The notes below the pieces were generated by a model. It was not told where the DNA came from. It did no database searches and saw nothing but the letters and a program-made list of their open reading frames with translations. A program made the position numbers and the translations under genes. Below, piece after piece: positions 21,339-31,008 of a stretch of DNA of 64,000 bases. Each line of letters opens with the position of its first letter. The stretch's first letter is position 1. The stretch lies in sequence record NC_070882.1; one strand, given 5' to 3'.

Positions 21339-21346
21339 TATATTAC
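21339..21346 (+). promoter_or_regulatory. Early promoter
   Basis: AAAAATTATTTCAAATCTATATTAC. Confidence 0.8.
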
Positions 21347-21386
21347 CTAGTTGAATATTAACTCGTAAAACTGGAAAAAACCGAAA

Positions 21387-21608
21387 ATGAAAACATTGAT
21401 CCCTGATTCTTTGTTCTTGGTTAACAACGACGAAGATGTCCATGAGTTGATCAAACAGATGTACATTAAGTTCAAAGTCGACATGGTCTCCCCTAAGACG
21501 ATTCTCTGTTCTTATCCGTCAGTGATAATGGCAACGGTTAGTAAAGAGTATCAATCTCCAACGACCCTGATTATTCGTGTGGTACCCATTTCTGAAATTC
21601 TAACCTGA
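21387..21608 (+). CDS. Early hypothetical protein
   Basis: 73 aa downstream of the promoter. Confidence 0.65.
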   Translation: MKTLIPDSLFLVNNDEDVHELIKQMYIKFKVDMVSPKTILCSYPSVIMATVSKEYQSPTTLIIRVVPISEILT

Positions 21609-21618
21609 GGAAGTACAA

Positions 21619-21747
21619 ATGAGCGCTATCAATTACAACCGCCTGATGCAACATGCTATCGACAACGGTGGCAAATTGGAACTGGTTATCCATGCAAGTG
21701 GTAACGGGTTTACTTTCTTGGTCCTTCCTAAAGAGGAATCGAAATGA
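21619..21747 (+). CDS. Small protein, 42 aa (not in the ORF track)
   Basis: GAGG RBS; MSAINYNRLMQHAIDNGGKLELVIHASGNGFTFLVLPKEESK; ATGA overlap with the next gene. Confidence 0.65.
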   Translation: MSAINYNRLMQHAIDNGGKLELVIHASGNGFTFLVLPKEESK

Positions 21748-22508
21748 AATCTATTGGCGAAGCACTTCCAGCCATCAAAGATATCTTCAAGAACTTCCTG
21801 GTTATTGAAAACGTAGATGAAATCACCTTTGGTGCAGTTCATCCAGTTACCAACGATATCTTTCTGAAAGTATCGGAATGGAACGTAACACAGGAAGACT
21901 TCGAACTGACCTACAAACCTAGTGAGACAAATATTGAAATCACCAAACAGAACCTAGGTTCGTTCTTCAGTGCAATTGGTCAACGTAATACAGTTCATCG
22001 ATTGGGAGAACATTATCAGAAGCTTATTGAACTGATGATTGCCGAAGGATATAAATTCTTTGACGTCCAAAGTTCTTGGAGCTTCGATACCGCCGTTCAT
22101 TCGGTTAGTTATTATAAACCCAGTGAGTGGATCAAACAGGAAATCGGTCGTATTACTTTCTACAGTAATGATCGAGTATATCAGCCTCTAGTTCCTGAGA
22201 ATACGTCATCTGCGATTAAACATGTCGAAGTTGATGAATACTGTCGTCCAAAGACAATCACGTTCTTGGATCTGAATACACTGAAGGTTAGTGAAAGACA
22301 CGAGTTTGACTTCGAGTCAATTCCGAAGATTTATCGGATAACGCCGACAATCAGGAATTTTGCTAATCTGGACAATGTATCCATTGTTAACACCATGGTT
22401 CACGATAACTGTACGGTAACCTTGATGGTAGGTTACTATCTTGGAGTCGATGTTCAGGTTAAAGTCTATCTCAATTCGTTCAAAGACCAAGAGCTAGTTC
22501 TTAGCTAA
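21744..22508 (+). CDS. Hypothetical protein
   Basis: GAGG RBS; 254 aa. Confidence 0.75.
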   Translation: MKSIGEALPAIKDIFKNFLVIENVDEITFGAVHPVTNDIFLKVSEWNVTQEDFELTYKPSETNIEITKQNLGSFFSAIGQRNTVHRLGEHYQKLIELMIAEGYKFFDVQSSWSFDTAVHSVSYYKPSEWIKQEIGRITFYSNDRVYQPLVPENTSSAIKHVEVDEYCRPKTITFLDLNTLKVSERHEFDFESIPKIYRITPTIRNFANLDNVSIVNTMVHDNCTVTLMVGYYLGVDVQVKVYLNSFKDQELVLS

Positions 22509-22531
22509 CAAATACCGGAGTTACGGTTAAT

Positions 22532-22636
22532 ATGTGTGACAATGGAGCGTTTGGTAGTATTCATTTTGGGATGAACAGCAAGACTGTGCTCAATGAACAA
22601 GAACGCGACACGCTAGTTACAATTCAAGAAGGTTAA
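22532..22636 (+). CDS. Possible 34-aa peptide upstream of phuZ
   Basis: GGAG RBS; MCDNGAFGSIHFGMNSKTVLNEQERDTLVTIQEG fills the intergenic gap. Confidence 0.4.
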   Translation: MCDNGAFGSIHFGMNSKTVLNEQERDTLVTIQEG

Positions 22637-22654
22637 TCAAGAGGAAACGTGGAA

Positions 22655-23602
22655 ATGACTAAAGTAAAAACTCGTGTATACTGCTGTGGTGGTGCTGGTC
22701 TGAATATTGGTGTAAACCTTCAATGGCATCCGGATCTGGTATACATTGACACCTGCGATAAGAACGTAAGTTCTAGTCATGATATCGATCGTGTCTTTTT
22801 GACCGAGGGTACTCGTGGGGCAGGTAAGAACCGTGCATTCATCATGCCTAAGGTTCGCCATCAGATTGCACCTTTCCTTGAACGATATCCAGCTGGCGAT
22901 TTCAATATCGTCCTGTTTTCTATGGGCGGTGGTTCTGGTTCTGTTCTTGGTCCGCTGATTGTATCGGCTCTGGCTAAAGCTGGTGAAACTGTAATTCCAG
23001 TCGTTGTCAGTGGTATTGAATCCACTGAGGTTCTGCAAAACGATATCGATACCATGAAGACTCTGGAAGGTATCGCTGCTGCAACCAACACCCCGATCAA
23101 CATCTGTCCGATCGAAAACGTGAACGGCGTTCCGTATTCCGAAATCGACAAAGATGCGGTATTTGCTGTCCATGCTCTGATTTACCTGTCTAATCAGAAA
23201 CATGAACGTCTCGATGTACTGGATCTGGATCACTGGGCACGTTTCACTAGTAAGCATAGTTACATTCAACCGCAACTGTGTGAACTGCATATCCATACTT
23301 CTCGTCAAGAAGCAGCTTCTGTCCCTGAGATGATTTCTGTCGCATCCCTGTACACAGATGCTTCCAAAGAAGTAGCTTATGGTAATCCGTTTGTTCGGAC
23401 TGTGGGTATCGCATCCCCTGACGACGAAGACGCTCTGTCTGAGCAACTGCACTTCGTTATCAACTCGGTTGGTATCCAAGAGCGGATTAAGTCTCTCCTG
23501 GATCAAAAACAGGAACATCATCGTCAGCAAGTTCGTTACACCCAACGAGCTGCGATCGTTGATATCGATGACAACCGTTCTGATGATGGTTTCGTCCTCT
23601 AA
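22655..23602 (+). CDS. phuZ: Phage tubulin PhuZ
   Basis: YCCGGAGLNIG, YIDT, GAGKNR, tubulin signature GGGSGS, T7 loop LDVLDL, acidic C-tail DIDDNRSDDGFVL. Confidence 0.97.
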   Translation: MTKVKTRVYCCGGAGLNIGVNLQWHPDLVYIDTCDKNVSSSHDIDRVFLTEGTRGAGKNRAFIMPKVRHQIAPFLERYPAGDFNIVLFSMGGGSGSVLGPLIVSALAKAGETVIPVVVSGIESTEVLQNDIDTMKTLEGIAAATNTPINICPIENVNGVPYSEIDKDAVFAVHALIYLSNQKHERLDVLDLDHWARFTSKHSYIQPQLCELHIHTSRQEAASVPEMISVASLYTDASKEVAYGNPFVRTVGIASPDDEDALSEQLHFVINSVGIQERIKSLLDQKQEHHRQQVRYTQRAAIVDIDDNRSDDGFVL

Positions 23603-23608
23603 ATAACT

Positions 23609-23630
23609 GGGGAGCTTCGGCTCCCCTTTT
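23609..23630 (+). terminator. Intrinsic terminator
   Basis: GGGGAGC-ttcg-GCTCCCC-TTTT. Confidence 0.85.
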
Positions 23631-23648
23631 ATTCCGTCTGGAGGTTTC

Positions 23649-23891
23649 ATGAGTTGGATCTTAGCTACCATTGTCTCTGCAGGAGCTATTGGCGAATTAC
23701 CTGTAGTTAAAGAAGAAGAAGTTTCTGTGTCTTCCATTGAGGTGTGTAGAGCCATCATCGATCAACACAGTTCTTTGTATACCCGGAATAATTGGAATAT
23801 CAGTTACCACCGTGGCGATAACAGTGAACTCCATGTCATCAATACAAATCGAACAACGAAGATTATCTTTGTTTGTAAGGAGAAGAAATGA
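23649..23891 (+). CDS. Hypothetical protein, hydrophobic N-terminus
   Basis: GGAGG RBS; 80 aa. Confidence 0.65.
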   Translation: MSWILATIVSAGAIGELPVVKEEEVSVSSIEVCRAIIDQHSSLYTRNNWNISYHRGDNSELHVINTNRTTKIIFVCKEKK

Positions 23892-24310
23892 TAAAGCTTA
23901 CACCTGAACGTCTTATCAAACTGGCCGTTGATTGCACTGAAGTATTGATGCGAACTGTGGCACAGAATGACCGTATTACCATTGGTGAACTCGCTATTAA
24001 CTGCGACGTCTGTAATAACACAATGCGCAGTGCATTGAAAGCTTTGCTCTCTGACTCCGAGACAAGGGCTGCACTCCAAGTACTGTTTTATTATATCCAA
24101 GCAGAGGATACTTTCTACAAACAGGAAGATCTACCGGACGATGAGTTTATTCAAGCTCTGAGTGGAACTGACCTTTATCAAAGGGATATATTGGACAGTG
24201 CCCGCATTTGGGCTACGTATGCCAGGCGCGATGCTGTTGAAATGCATGAACATCGTAAAGCCGTAGGTGAACGAGCTATAGAACGTTATCAAGGTTATAT
24301 GAAGCCTTAA
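23888..24310 (+). CDS. Hypothetical protein
   Basis: ATGA overlap; 140 aa. Confidence 0.7.
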   Translation: MIKLTPERLIKLAVDCTEVLMRTVAQNDRITIGELAINCDVCNNTMRSALKALLSDSETRAALQVLFYYIQAEDTFYKQEDLPDDEFIQALSGTDLYQRDILDSARIWATYARRDAVEMHEHRKAVGERAIERYQGYMKP

Positions 24311-24386
24311 TAACCGTCCAATCTTTTGTATCAATTAACAACAGTAAGGAATCAATAATGAAACCTGATTAAACCTCTAAGGAGGA

Positions 24387-24884
24387 ATGATGGCTAAGAC
24401 AGCAGCGAAAAAGCTCGATGAGCTAATGGCAGCTGAGCTTAACCTCGAACTCTCCAATTACACAGCGATGTTACACCATGCCGTCACCTTAGTCGGCGTT
24501 CTTGAAGGCTTTGTGTTTGTATATGACAAGAATGGAGTCACATGTTACGACAAAGTTGATGCGTGGTCTGAAGTCAATGGAATGCGTTTGAGGATAGCTC
24601 GGTTCCAGTCTAATCCAATGGTCGAGGATAGGCTTGCTAAAAGGATTTACAAACGTTGGTATGTTCATGGGGGTGGAATGTTAATTCCATTGAACATTAC
24701 TAAAGTAGATGACCTAAAAGAAAATTTCTATTTCAAGATTGATGACAACCCCGGTCATTGTACATTCACCGTTTTTACAGAGGATGCTCCGTTTATACGT
24801 AGTAAGCCATTGTTATTTAACAGAAAGAGTCATCCCGGATGGGGTGTAACATTAACCGAAACATGTAAAGAAAAAGTGGCATAA
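24387..24884 (+). CDS. Hypothetical protein
   Basis: AAGGAGG RBS; 165 aa. Confidence 0.7.
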   Translation: MMAKTAAKKLDELMAAELNLELSNYTAMLHHAVTLVGVLEGFVFVYDKNGVTCYDKVDAWSEVNGMRLRIARFQSNPMVEDRLAKRIYKRWYVHGGGMLIPLNITKVDDLKENFYFKIDDNPGHCTFTVFTEDAPFIRSKPLLFNRKSHPGWGVTLTETCKEKVA

Positions 24885-25496
24885 ATGCTCTCCCTTAGAT
24901 GGGAGAGCTTATGTCCATGGGAGATAGAAATGTTTAACGATATAGCTACCCTGATCCAGATCTGGAGACTTCTCGGCCGTCAGCGTTCTGCATGTATCGA
25001 CCCTAATACCAAACGCCATGTTCAATTGTGGTATGCGCCAAATAAAAATTCTATCCTGATGCAAGGGACGGATCCAAATAAGCGGTTGTGTCCCGATGTT
25101 GTATTTGAACTTGATCCTCTCTCGAAACGGCTTGATCGTATCAACTGTCTTTGGGCTGAAGATCAGGATAGTGCCCATGAGTTAATTTATAACACTCTCC
25201 AATTTATCGTTCATCGATCGTTTGAAAAGACAGTCGTAGATCGGGTGTCTAAACTTCCACGTCAAGCGTGGAATGATAGCGTGCATAATAACCTAGAGTT
25301 CTACAGTTCTCCTATCGACAAAGATATACTGTGGATCCGTCACACTGCCGCCAGATGGCGTCAATGGCCCGTAGAGGTCAATCTTTCAGAAAAGACCGTG
25401 ACGTTTGATTACTCTACTGAAGAACCTATCCCTACCCGTGCTGGTATCATGCTAGCAATTGAAGCGATGGAGAAAGTTAATGCAAAGTCCAAATGA
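24885..25496 (+). CDS. Hypothetical protein
   Basis: Abuts the previous stop; 203 aa. Confidence 0.65.
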   Translation: MLSLRWESLCPWEIEMFNDIATLIQIWRLLGRQRSACIDPNTKRHVQLWYAPNKNSILMQGTDPNKRLCPDVVFELDPLSKRLDRINCLWAEDQDSAHELIYNTLQFIVHRSFEKTVVDRVSKLPRQAWNDSVHNNLEFYSSPIDKDILWIRHTAARWRQWPVEVNLSEKTVTFDYSTEEPIPTRAGIMLAIEAMEKVNAKSK

Positions 25497-25758
25497 GCAA
25501 CTCAAAGAAATGATCCGAGAATGGATCGAACTTGAACTCGATGAAACCTGCGTAGCTGGTGATAGCTATACTCGTCTTGCTGTCAAAAAGAAGGATAATG
25601 TAATTACCTTTTCTAGTCGTAGTCGCGGACATACAAAGGAATATCTCACTGCCACTTTGACGGGCGATGAAATTGAACTCTCGTCTACGCAAGGTGAAGT
25701 CCGCCAGTGGATCAGTACGGCACAGTTTTGTATTGGAAAGACACTCCAAAACTACTGA
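25480..25758 (+). CDS. Hypothetical protein
   Basis: GGAG RBS before ATG 25480. Confidence 0.65.
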   Translation: MQSPNEQLKEMIREWIELELDETCVAGDSYTRLAVKKKDNVITFSSRSRGHTKEYLTATLTGDEIELSSTQGEVRQWISTAQFCIGKTLQNY

Positions 25759-25784
25759 TATGTAATCACTATAGAGTACTTAGC

Positions 25785-26213
25785 ATGTCGCAACGTGAAC
25801 ACATCATCGAGATCATGAAAACTTGGGCTACTACCAATAAGTGCCCACCTGAAGAAATGGCCCTAGGTCATCTCAGTGCAATGGTTATTTACAATCTGCG
25901 TAAAGAAGTGAATACCATTGATATCTTTTTGACACCTGCTCAATACAATCGCTGGATTGAAGCTGGTAACGAAGAGACAGAAGACGATCAAGGTAAGTTC
26001 ATTGTCTTCTATGATTTCACCCGTTTGCGCAAAATGACAAAGGAGCAACAAGGACAACTTGTTAATAGTTACGAGGTCCAAGTTCTCCATCCCCTTCACC
26101 TGAAAGAAACGTTTGAAGCCCTTGAGAAGATAGAATCAAGAGACCCTAAAGTACGGGCTAAGGATCATCGTGCTGTACAAGATCTCGATGTATTCCTTAG
26201 ACGTTATTGGTGA
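25785..26213 (+). CDS. Hypothetical protein
   Basis: ATG 25785 chosen to avoid overlap with the previous gene. Confidence 0.65.
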   Translation: MSQREHIIEIMKTWATTNKCPPEEMALGHLSAMVIYNLRKEVNTIDIFLTPAQYNRWIEAGNEETEDDQGKFIVFYDFTRLRKMTKEQQGQLVNSYEVQVLHPLHLKETFEALEKIESRDPKVRAKDHRAVQDLDVFLRRYW

Positions 26214-26219
26214 GATAAA

Positions 26220-26627
26220 ATGATAAGTCTGTTTGCGATATTTTTGTCTTTCTTCATCGGTCTTGGTATTTCCTTTACTATCATTGCGATAGATAAAAAG
26301 AAATATAGAGACGATAACAATAACCGTCATCCTGAACTGGAGCTACGTGTTAATCAGTTAGCTAATTGGTTGATAACCACGGTTGTTGTATTCATGGCAA
26401 GCGTGACGGTTGGCTTCCTTAATAAGAATGTTGATAGCATGTGGATTGGTGCGGGTATTGTTACGCTTGTAGCGATAATTGCTATTATAGGTAAACTATA
26501 TTCGATACATGTATTCAACTTAATGGAAGATGTAAAACAGAAATATAAGCCTGCTGCTGTTGAAGCATACTTATTTTCTTTCTGGGTTATCTTGCTGTTG
26601 GATAAAGCTCTTTTAGTAAACATTTAG
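26220..26627 (+). CDS. Multi-pass membrane protein
   Basis: About four hydrophobic segments in 135 aa. Confidence 0.7.
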   Translation: MISLFAIFLSFFIGLGISFTIIAIDKKKYRDDNNNRHPELELRVNQLANWLITTVVVFMASVTVGFLNKNVDSMWIGAGIVTLVAIIAIIGKLYSIHVFNLMEDVKQKYKPAAVEAYLFSFWVILLLDKALLVNI

Positions 26628-26633
26628 ATACAG

Positions 26634-26660
26634 GCCCACCCTTCGGGGTGGGTTTATTTT
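26634..26660 (+). terminator. Intrinsic terminator
   Basis: GCCCACCC-ttcg-GGGTGGGT-TTATTTT. Confidence 0.8.
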
Positions 26661-26695
26661 GTTTTTCTTTTTTACATTCAAACCAATTTAAAGGC

Positions 26696-26703
26696 TATAT
26701 TAC
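26696..26703 (+). promoter_or_regulatory. Early promoter
   Basis: TTTAAAGGCTATATTAC. Confidence 0.75.
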
Positions 26704-26736
26704 AAACGTGATAATAAACCTTAGAGGTATCACGAC

Positions 26737-26961
26737 ATGAATAGCCATGCGTACAAAACCGTAAAGGTTCTCGGTCGTGATTACCGAGTAACCAGCAATA
26801 GTAAATTTGTAACCATTCTTGATGCACGTGGTAACATGTGCTTTAACTTGAATGTAGTTGAACGTAAAGCTACACAGCCATGCGAATCTTTCCGTCGTTA
26901 TTGTGCCGGTGTTGGCGTTACTCCGAAAGCAATGATCCTGTCTATTCTTAATAACGTGTAA
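26737..26961 (+). CDS. Early hypothetical protein
   Basis: GAGG RBS; 74 aa. Confidence 0.7.
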   Translation: MNSHAYKTVKVLGRDYRVTSNSKFVTILDARGNMCFNLNVVERKATQPCESFRRYCAGVGVTPKAMILSILNNV

Positions 26962-26972
26962 GGAGATTGATT

Positions 26973-27203
26973 ATGCAAGCTTTCTTTGATAAGATCCAAG
27001 CTGAAGCCAAACGTGTTGTCGAAACTAATCCTCAGGGCCGTTGGACTTATGGGGATTGGGATGTCTTCGTTCAGGAAGATAAAGTCATCATTAATGATAG
27101 TAATCTAGAGCTTGTTGCTGAAGCATCGGCATCGAAACCTGATTTGGTTTGCATGAAATGTGATCCTGATGACGTTCTGGAATGCTTGGAGCGTTTGTCA
27201 TAA
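26973..27203 (+). CDS. Early hypothetical protein
   Basis: AAGGAG RBS before ATG 26973. Confidence 0.7.
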   Translation: MQAFFDKIQAEAKRVVETNPQGRWTYGDWDVFVQEDKVIINDSNLELVAEASASKPDLVCMKCDPDDVLECLERLS

Positions 27204-27206
27204 TGG

Positions 27207-27238
27207 CATAAAGCCCCTACCTTCGGGTAGGGGCTATG
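27207..27238. terminator. Bidirectional terminator
   Basis: CATAAAGCCCCTACC-ttcg-GGTAGGGGCTATG; between convergent genes. Confidence 0.85.
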
Positions 27239-27248
27239 CTTATTTTTT

Positions 27249-28166
27249 TTATTTTAGATAATACATGGCATTACTAGCAGCGTTGACTGAACTGTTACCA
27301 GAACCACCGAAACAATACAACCGTTTTCCATCGGATACAATACTCGAATTGAATACGATATTAGCTATATTCTTGAACAATACCCATTTATTTTCATCGG
27401 GTAAATATTCGTAGATATTTTTATTCGCGTTGTTATTGATTAAGGGTGCACCAGGCATCAGGAATATCCGACCATCCATGGTGAAGCCACTACCAACCCA
27501 AGTAGTAATTGGGAAATTACTTAGCTGTACCCACGTATTTGTGGATAAAGTATATTCCCAGAAATCATTACGATTGCTAACGCCACCGATTAAATAGAAT
27601 TTACCATTTAGATAAACACTAGCAGACGATGTTCTAGCTGGCGGGCGAAGTGTTGGTTGGGTTACAGTTTCCCAAGTGTCGGTAGCGATATTATATTTCA
27701 TTAACACGTCGTTTGACGGCGTGCCACCGTAAGTATAAATAAAGCCCGACTCATAGAACATGTGGAAATCGTAACGAGCCACAGGTGGGGATTTCAAAAC
27801 CAGTTTTTCTTTTGTTAATGGATCAATCCTAACAAAAGTGCTATTAACAGCATTACCTGGAAATGTAGCGCCGCCGAGGTGGTACAGATATGTTCCATCG
27901 TTAACGATACCAGAGAAATATACAGACGACGGAACAGTACTGAAGTTTTGATCATACACACCAGTGGCAAGATCATACGTCATTAACGTCGAAGTGGATA
28001 CACCATTTGTTCCACCTTGCGTGCCGCCACCAGCAATATATACTTTACCATTGAGTAGGGTTGCAGGTGCACCTACCCTAGTAACAGGCATGTTAGGACC
28101 CTGTACAGGGATTCCTTGCCATCCAAGATTAGTTCTGACTAATGTAGCGAGTAAAGACTCGAACAT
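27249..28166 (-). CDS. Kelch-repeat six-blade beta-propeller protein
   Basis: Six blades: KVYIAGG, YLYHLGG, FIYTYGG, KFYLIGG, RIFLMPG, RLYCFGG. Start moved to MFES (AGGTG RBS). Confidence 0.85.
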   Translation of the reverse strand: MFESLLATLVRTNLGWQGIPVQGPNMPVTRVGAPATLLNGKVYIAGGGTQGGTNGVSTSTLMTYDLATGVYDQNFSTVPSSVYFSGIVNDGTYLYHLGGATFPGNAVNSTFVRIDPLTKEKLVLKSPPVARYDFHMFYESGFIYTYGGTPSNDVLMKYNIATDTWETVTQPTLRPPARTSSASVYLNGKFYLIGGVSNRNDFWEYTLSTNTWVQLSNFPITTWVGSGFTMDGRIFLMPGAPLINNNANKNIYEYLPDENKWVLFKNIANIVFNSSIVSDGKRLYCFGGSGNSSVNAASNAMYYLK

Positions 28167-28182
28167 ATAAACACCTACGCCC

Positions 28183-28995
28183 TTACGGCGCCGCCATGAT
28201 AGTACGGATATGGTGTCGGTTACCTTCAGGGTCATTGAAGTTCCGGGATACCTTCCGCCACTTCTTCAGTTGCTCATCATAGAGATCGTTCGCTTCAGAC
28301 CATTCGTAAACTTTGTCACGGAATACACCAAGCTCTTGACCGCCAGATAACTGAGCTTCACCCATATTGATGTAAAGTTCATTATAGCAGTAGGCTTTAA
28401 CAGCATATTCAACTAGTTTAGAGAATACAGGGATAGCCTGAGGACGAATATTAAGTAACTCGTCATCATTACCCAAGCGACACGATAAATACGCGGCATG
28501 TGAAGGTAAGTAAATAAATCTAACCATTACAGTGTTATGGTTAATCAAGTTAATGTATGCAGTCTGTGCAACAGGTAGTCTTCGCGCAGAGTCTAATACT
28601 TTACGTGATTCAGCACCAATAGTCGATTCATTATAGTGCATTGCATATCCAGAGTTCTGATAACCTAGGATACCGAAGTGAATACTAAATACCTGGACGA
28701 TGGGACGCTGTTGGGTGTATTCATCCGGGATATAGTAAATAACAGTGTACGGATCGACATATTCAGACTTAACAGGAAAGTCTAGTGGAATATAAGTTTT
28801 AGTTCCACCGATCAAGTTCATGTCTGCAAAGACACGTGGCTCTAATACCGCCTCTCGAATTCTAGTTTCAAGAGAAATGACTTCACCGCAAATAGCTGCA
28901 TTAGATGCAGCTTCTTGTCCAATGAAAACAGACTCTAGAATCTGACGGGGAATTCGGAAAGGTAAATCTCGAAGTGCATATTGAATAGCATTCAT
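28183..28995 (-). CDS. Conserved virion-associated protein (phiKZ gp42-like)
   Basis: [20 protein letters not shown] start, recalled as a core jumbo-phage gene; synteny. Confidence 0.65.
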   Translation of the reverse strand: MNAIQYALRDLPFRIPRQILESVFIGQEAASNAAICGEVISLETRIREAVLEPRVFADMNLIGGTKTYIPLDFPVKSEYVDPYTVIYYIPDEYTQQRPIVQVFSIHFGILGYQNSGYAMHYNESTIGAESRKVLDSARRLPVAQTAYINLINHNTVMVRFIYLPSHAAYLSCRLGNDDELLNIRPQAIPVFSKLVEYAVKAYCYNELYINMGEAQLSGGQELGVFRDKVYEWSEANDLYDEQLKKWRKVSRNFNDPEGNRHHIRTIMAAP

Positions 28996-29107
28996 GTTTA
29001 AACGCCCCTAGGAAGCTCGCCAGCGAACGAACACCCATGGAGATAATACCCAGGTGGGGTATCATATACAACGGGGGTTCTGTGACGATTTTAAAAGATT
29101 TCAAATC

Positions 29108-29115
29108 TATATCAT
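29108..29115 (+). promoter_or_regulatory. Early-promoter variant TATATCAT
   Basis: ATTTCAAATCTATATCAT, same upstream context as the TATATTAC sites. Confidence 0.6.
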
Positions 29116-29144
29116 AGCTCTGAGTGATTTCCGGAATACTAACT

Positions 29145-29537
29145 ATGATTCCTCAAAGACAAGTTCAACTTCATGCCTTCGAGTTGGCTGGAGTCATAAA
29201 GGCCATTACTCAACCACCCTTCATGGCTTTAGTTAAATCTAAAGCAATTGAATCGGTTGACATGGATACTACTGACTTCTCAGGACTCCTGGTAAAAGCT
29301 AAGGAACAGTTAATAGATGATTTCATCCAGAACGCAATAAATTCGTTTCAATGTTGTTTTGTAATGGGTTACGCACCATATCGTAACACGCAGGCCGAAC
29401 TGGAATGGATGGCATTTCATAATGAGGCGCGTTCATTACTTTACGACACTCTCAATCTTCCAGTGGAAGCTTCCGGGATGCATGTTGGTTACAGACGTAT
29501 TGGTTCTGTTATCTACTTAGCAATACCTATCAATTAA
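29145..29537 (+). CDS. Hypothetical protein
   Basis: ATG 29145 preferred over GTG 29124. Confidence 0.65.
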   Translation: MIPQRQVQLHAFELAGVIKAITQPPFMALVKSKAIESVDMDTTDFSGLLVKAKEQLIDDFIQNAINSFQCCFVMGYAPYRNTQAELEWMAFHNEARSLLYDTLNLPVEASGMHVGYRRIGSVIYLAIPIN

Positions 29538-29553
29538 TAAATGGAGCAATGCA

Positions 29554-30573
29554 ATGTCGTCCAAACGGTTTGTAGTGCTTGAGATTAACCCACAGGTAGA
29601 TGTCCTGTATACATATCTCGAACACTTTACCAAAAGCAATCCGCATCTGGGTCTACCGCGCCCGACTCGTAACACCGCGATTCAACTGGTGTTCCTTACA
29701 GTCAAAGAAATCTTGACTAGTCGAAGTGCATTCGAAACAGAGATTGACTATGAGGTACATAAAGCAGGTGCCCTATTTAATTCTCCTCCAGGCACATTAG
29801 ATGAAAAACAACTGGAGGTTTATAAGATCTTTGCTAGTGATGTTATCTGGGAAGGCGTTACGATTGAAATCGATAATCAATTGGAACACCACATTGATCG
29901 ACGCACCTATACCGAATGGAAACCAGTCTGCATTGGTAACCTTATTGGGCTTGCTGAAGGTGAAGATCATAGAATCCAAGAATACTATCGCCTGACCGAT
30001 CAGCATAATGATGACAGCCATGCCGAGATTGCATTGAACTGCACTTCTCTAGTGTCGTATCTACATGGTGAATTCATGCGTACATTTGGAGCCGTAATGC
30101 GAGATCCAAATACGTTGACCCGTGCAATTGCAATGATGGGTAAACATCGTACACCTGAACGAGTTCAGAAAGTAATTGATTTCCTGAATAATCCCAACAG
30201 GGCCATGGCAGCAGTGTTCTTGGATACACTGACAACTATGTATCCAATGATAACCCTTGATCCCATTTGTCCTCAAGTGAACGATGATTTGTTCGCACTT
30301 GTTGGTATTGCTAACATGGAGGAATTCAAACAAAATTACGTGCGTAAAGTTATCACGGCTTTCGGCCTGAGTTACTTCTCGTCGTATGTTAAACGGGATA
30401 AGAAATACACGCTTGAATACAGTTCTAGTCACATTCTCGCCATATACGAAATGAAAGGGATCAGTCGTACGGAGAAAGAAATGATGGAGCTTGTTGCATC
30501 GTTCCTTCGTAACGATTATCTTCCCCCAGAACAACGGGCTATTGCAGAACGTTGGTATTTGGAAAATAACTAA
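29554..30573 (+). CDS. Conserved hypothetical protein
   Basis: GGAG RBS; 339 aa. Confidence 0.75.
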   Translation: MSSKRFVVLEINPQVDVLYTYLEHFTKSNPHLGLPRPTRNTAIQLVFLTVKEILTSRSAFETEIDYEVHKAGALFNSPPGTLDEKQLEVYKIFASDVIWEGVTIEIDNQLEHHIDRRTYTEWKPVCIGNLIGLAEGEDHRIQEYYRLTDQHNDDSHAEIALNCTSLVSYLHGEFMRTFGAVMRDPNTLTRAIAMMGKHRTPERVQKVIDFLNNPNRAMAAVFLDTLTTMYPMITLDPICPQVNDDLFALVGIANMEEFKQNYVRKVITAFGLSYFSSYVKRDKKYTLEYSSSHILAIYEMKGISRTEKEMMELVASFLRNDYLPPEQRAIAERWYLENN

Positions 30574-30601
30574 CATAGGGCCTCCGAAAGGAGGCTTTAT
30601 G
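30574..30601 (+). terminator. Terminator hairpin
   Basis: CATAGGGCCTCC-gaaa-GGAGGCTTTATG. Confidence 0.7.
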
Positions 30602-30615
30602 CCGGAGAGATAAAT

Positions 30616-31008
30616 GTGAAAGAACAGTTATTGATAACATTCAAGGCGTCGGATTTCATCGGCATGGTCGATGATAAATATTACGATGTAATGCGTAATA
30701 TCGGACGAGAAGGTCTTGTCGATCTAATTGCCACATCTATTTGCTGGCAGCTTGACTTTGATAATGAAGAACATATTGAGCTCTTTGAGAAATCAGTTCT
30801 TTTAATCTGCGGATACAAGAAAGAGTCAAATAAATCTAAACCCAAAGACACTCATGACAAGATACTCATTGAGTTCGTCATGAATAGGGTTAAGGCACTG
30901 GGATATCTTATCCCAGATTGTATCCATCTTGACTACGCAAATAGAAAAGTTTACTTAGACGAGAAATCAGATACAGTCTACTTAATCGTGGGGTATTACG
31001 TTGCGTGA
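30616..31008 (+). CDS. Hypothetical protein
   Basis: GGAG RBS, GTG start; 130 aa. Confidence 0.65.
   Translation: MKEQLLITFKASDFIGMVDDKYYDVMRNIGREGLVDLIATSICWQLDFDNEEHIELFEKSVLLICGYKKESNKSKPKDTHDKILIEFVMNRVKALGYLIPDCIHLDYANRKVYLDEKSDTVYLIVGYYVA

Noticed and set aside
20230-22508. Calling the 261-aa or 254-aa protein the RNase E inhibitor Dip from its position before phuZ
   Set aside because: Size and synteny only; I cannot recognise sequence similarity without a search.
22637-23758. 373-aa antisense ORF over phuZ
   Set aside because: Shadow of a clear tubulin gene.
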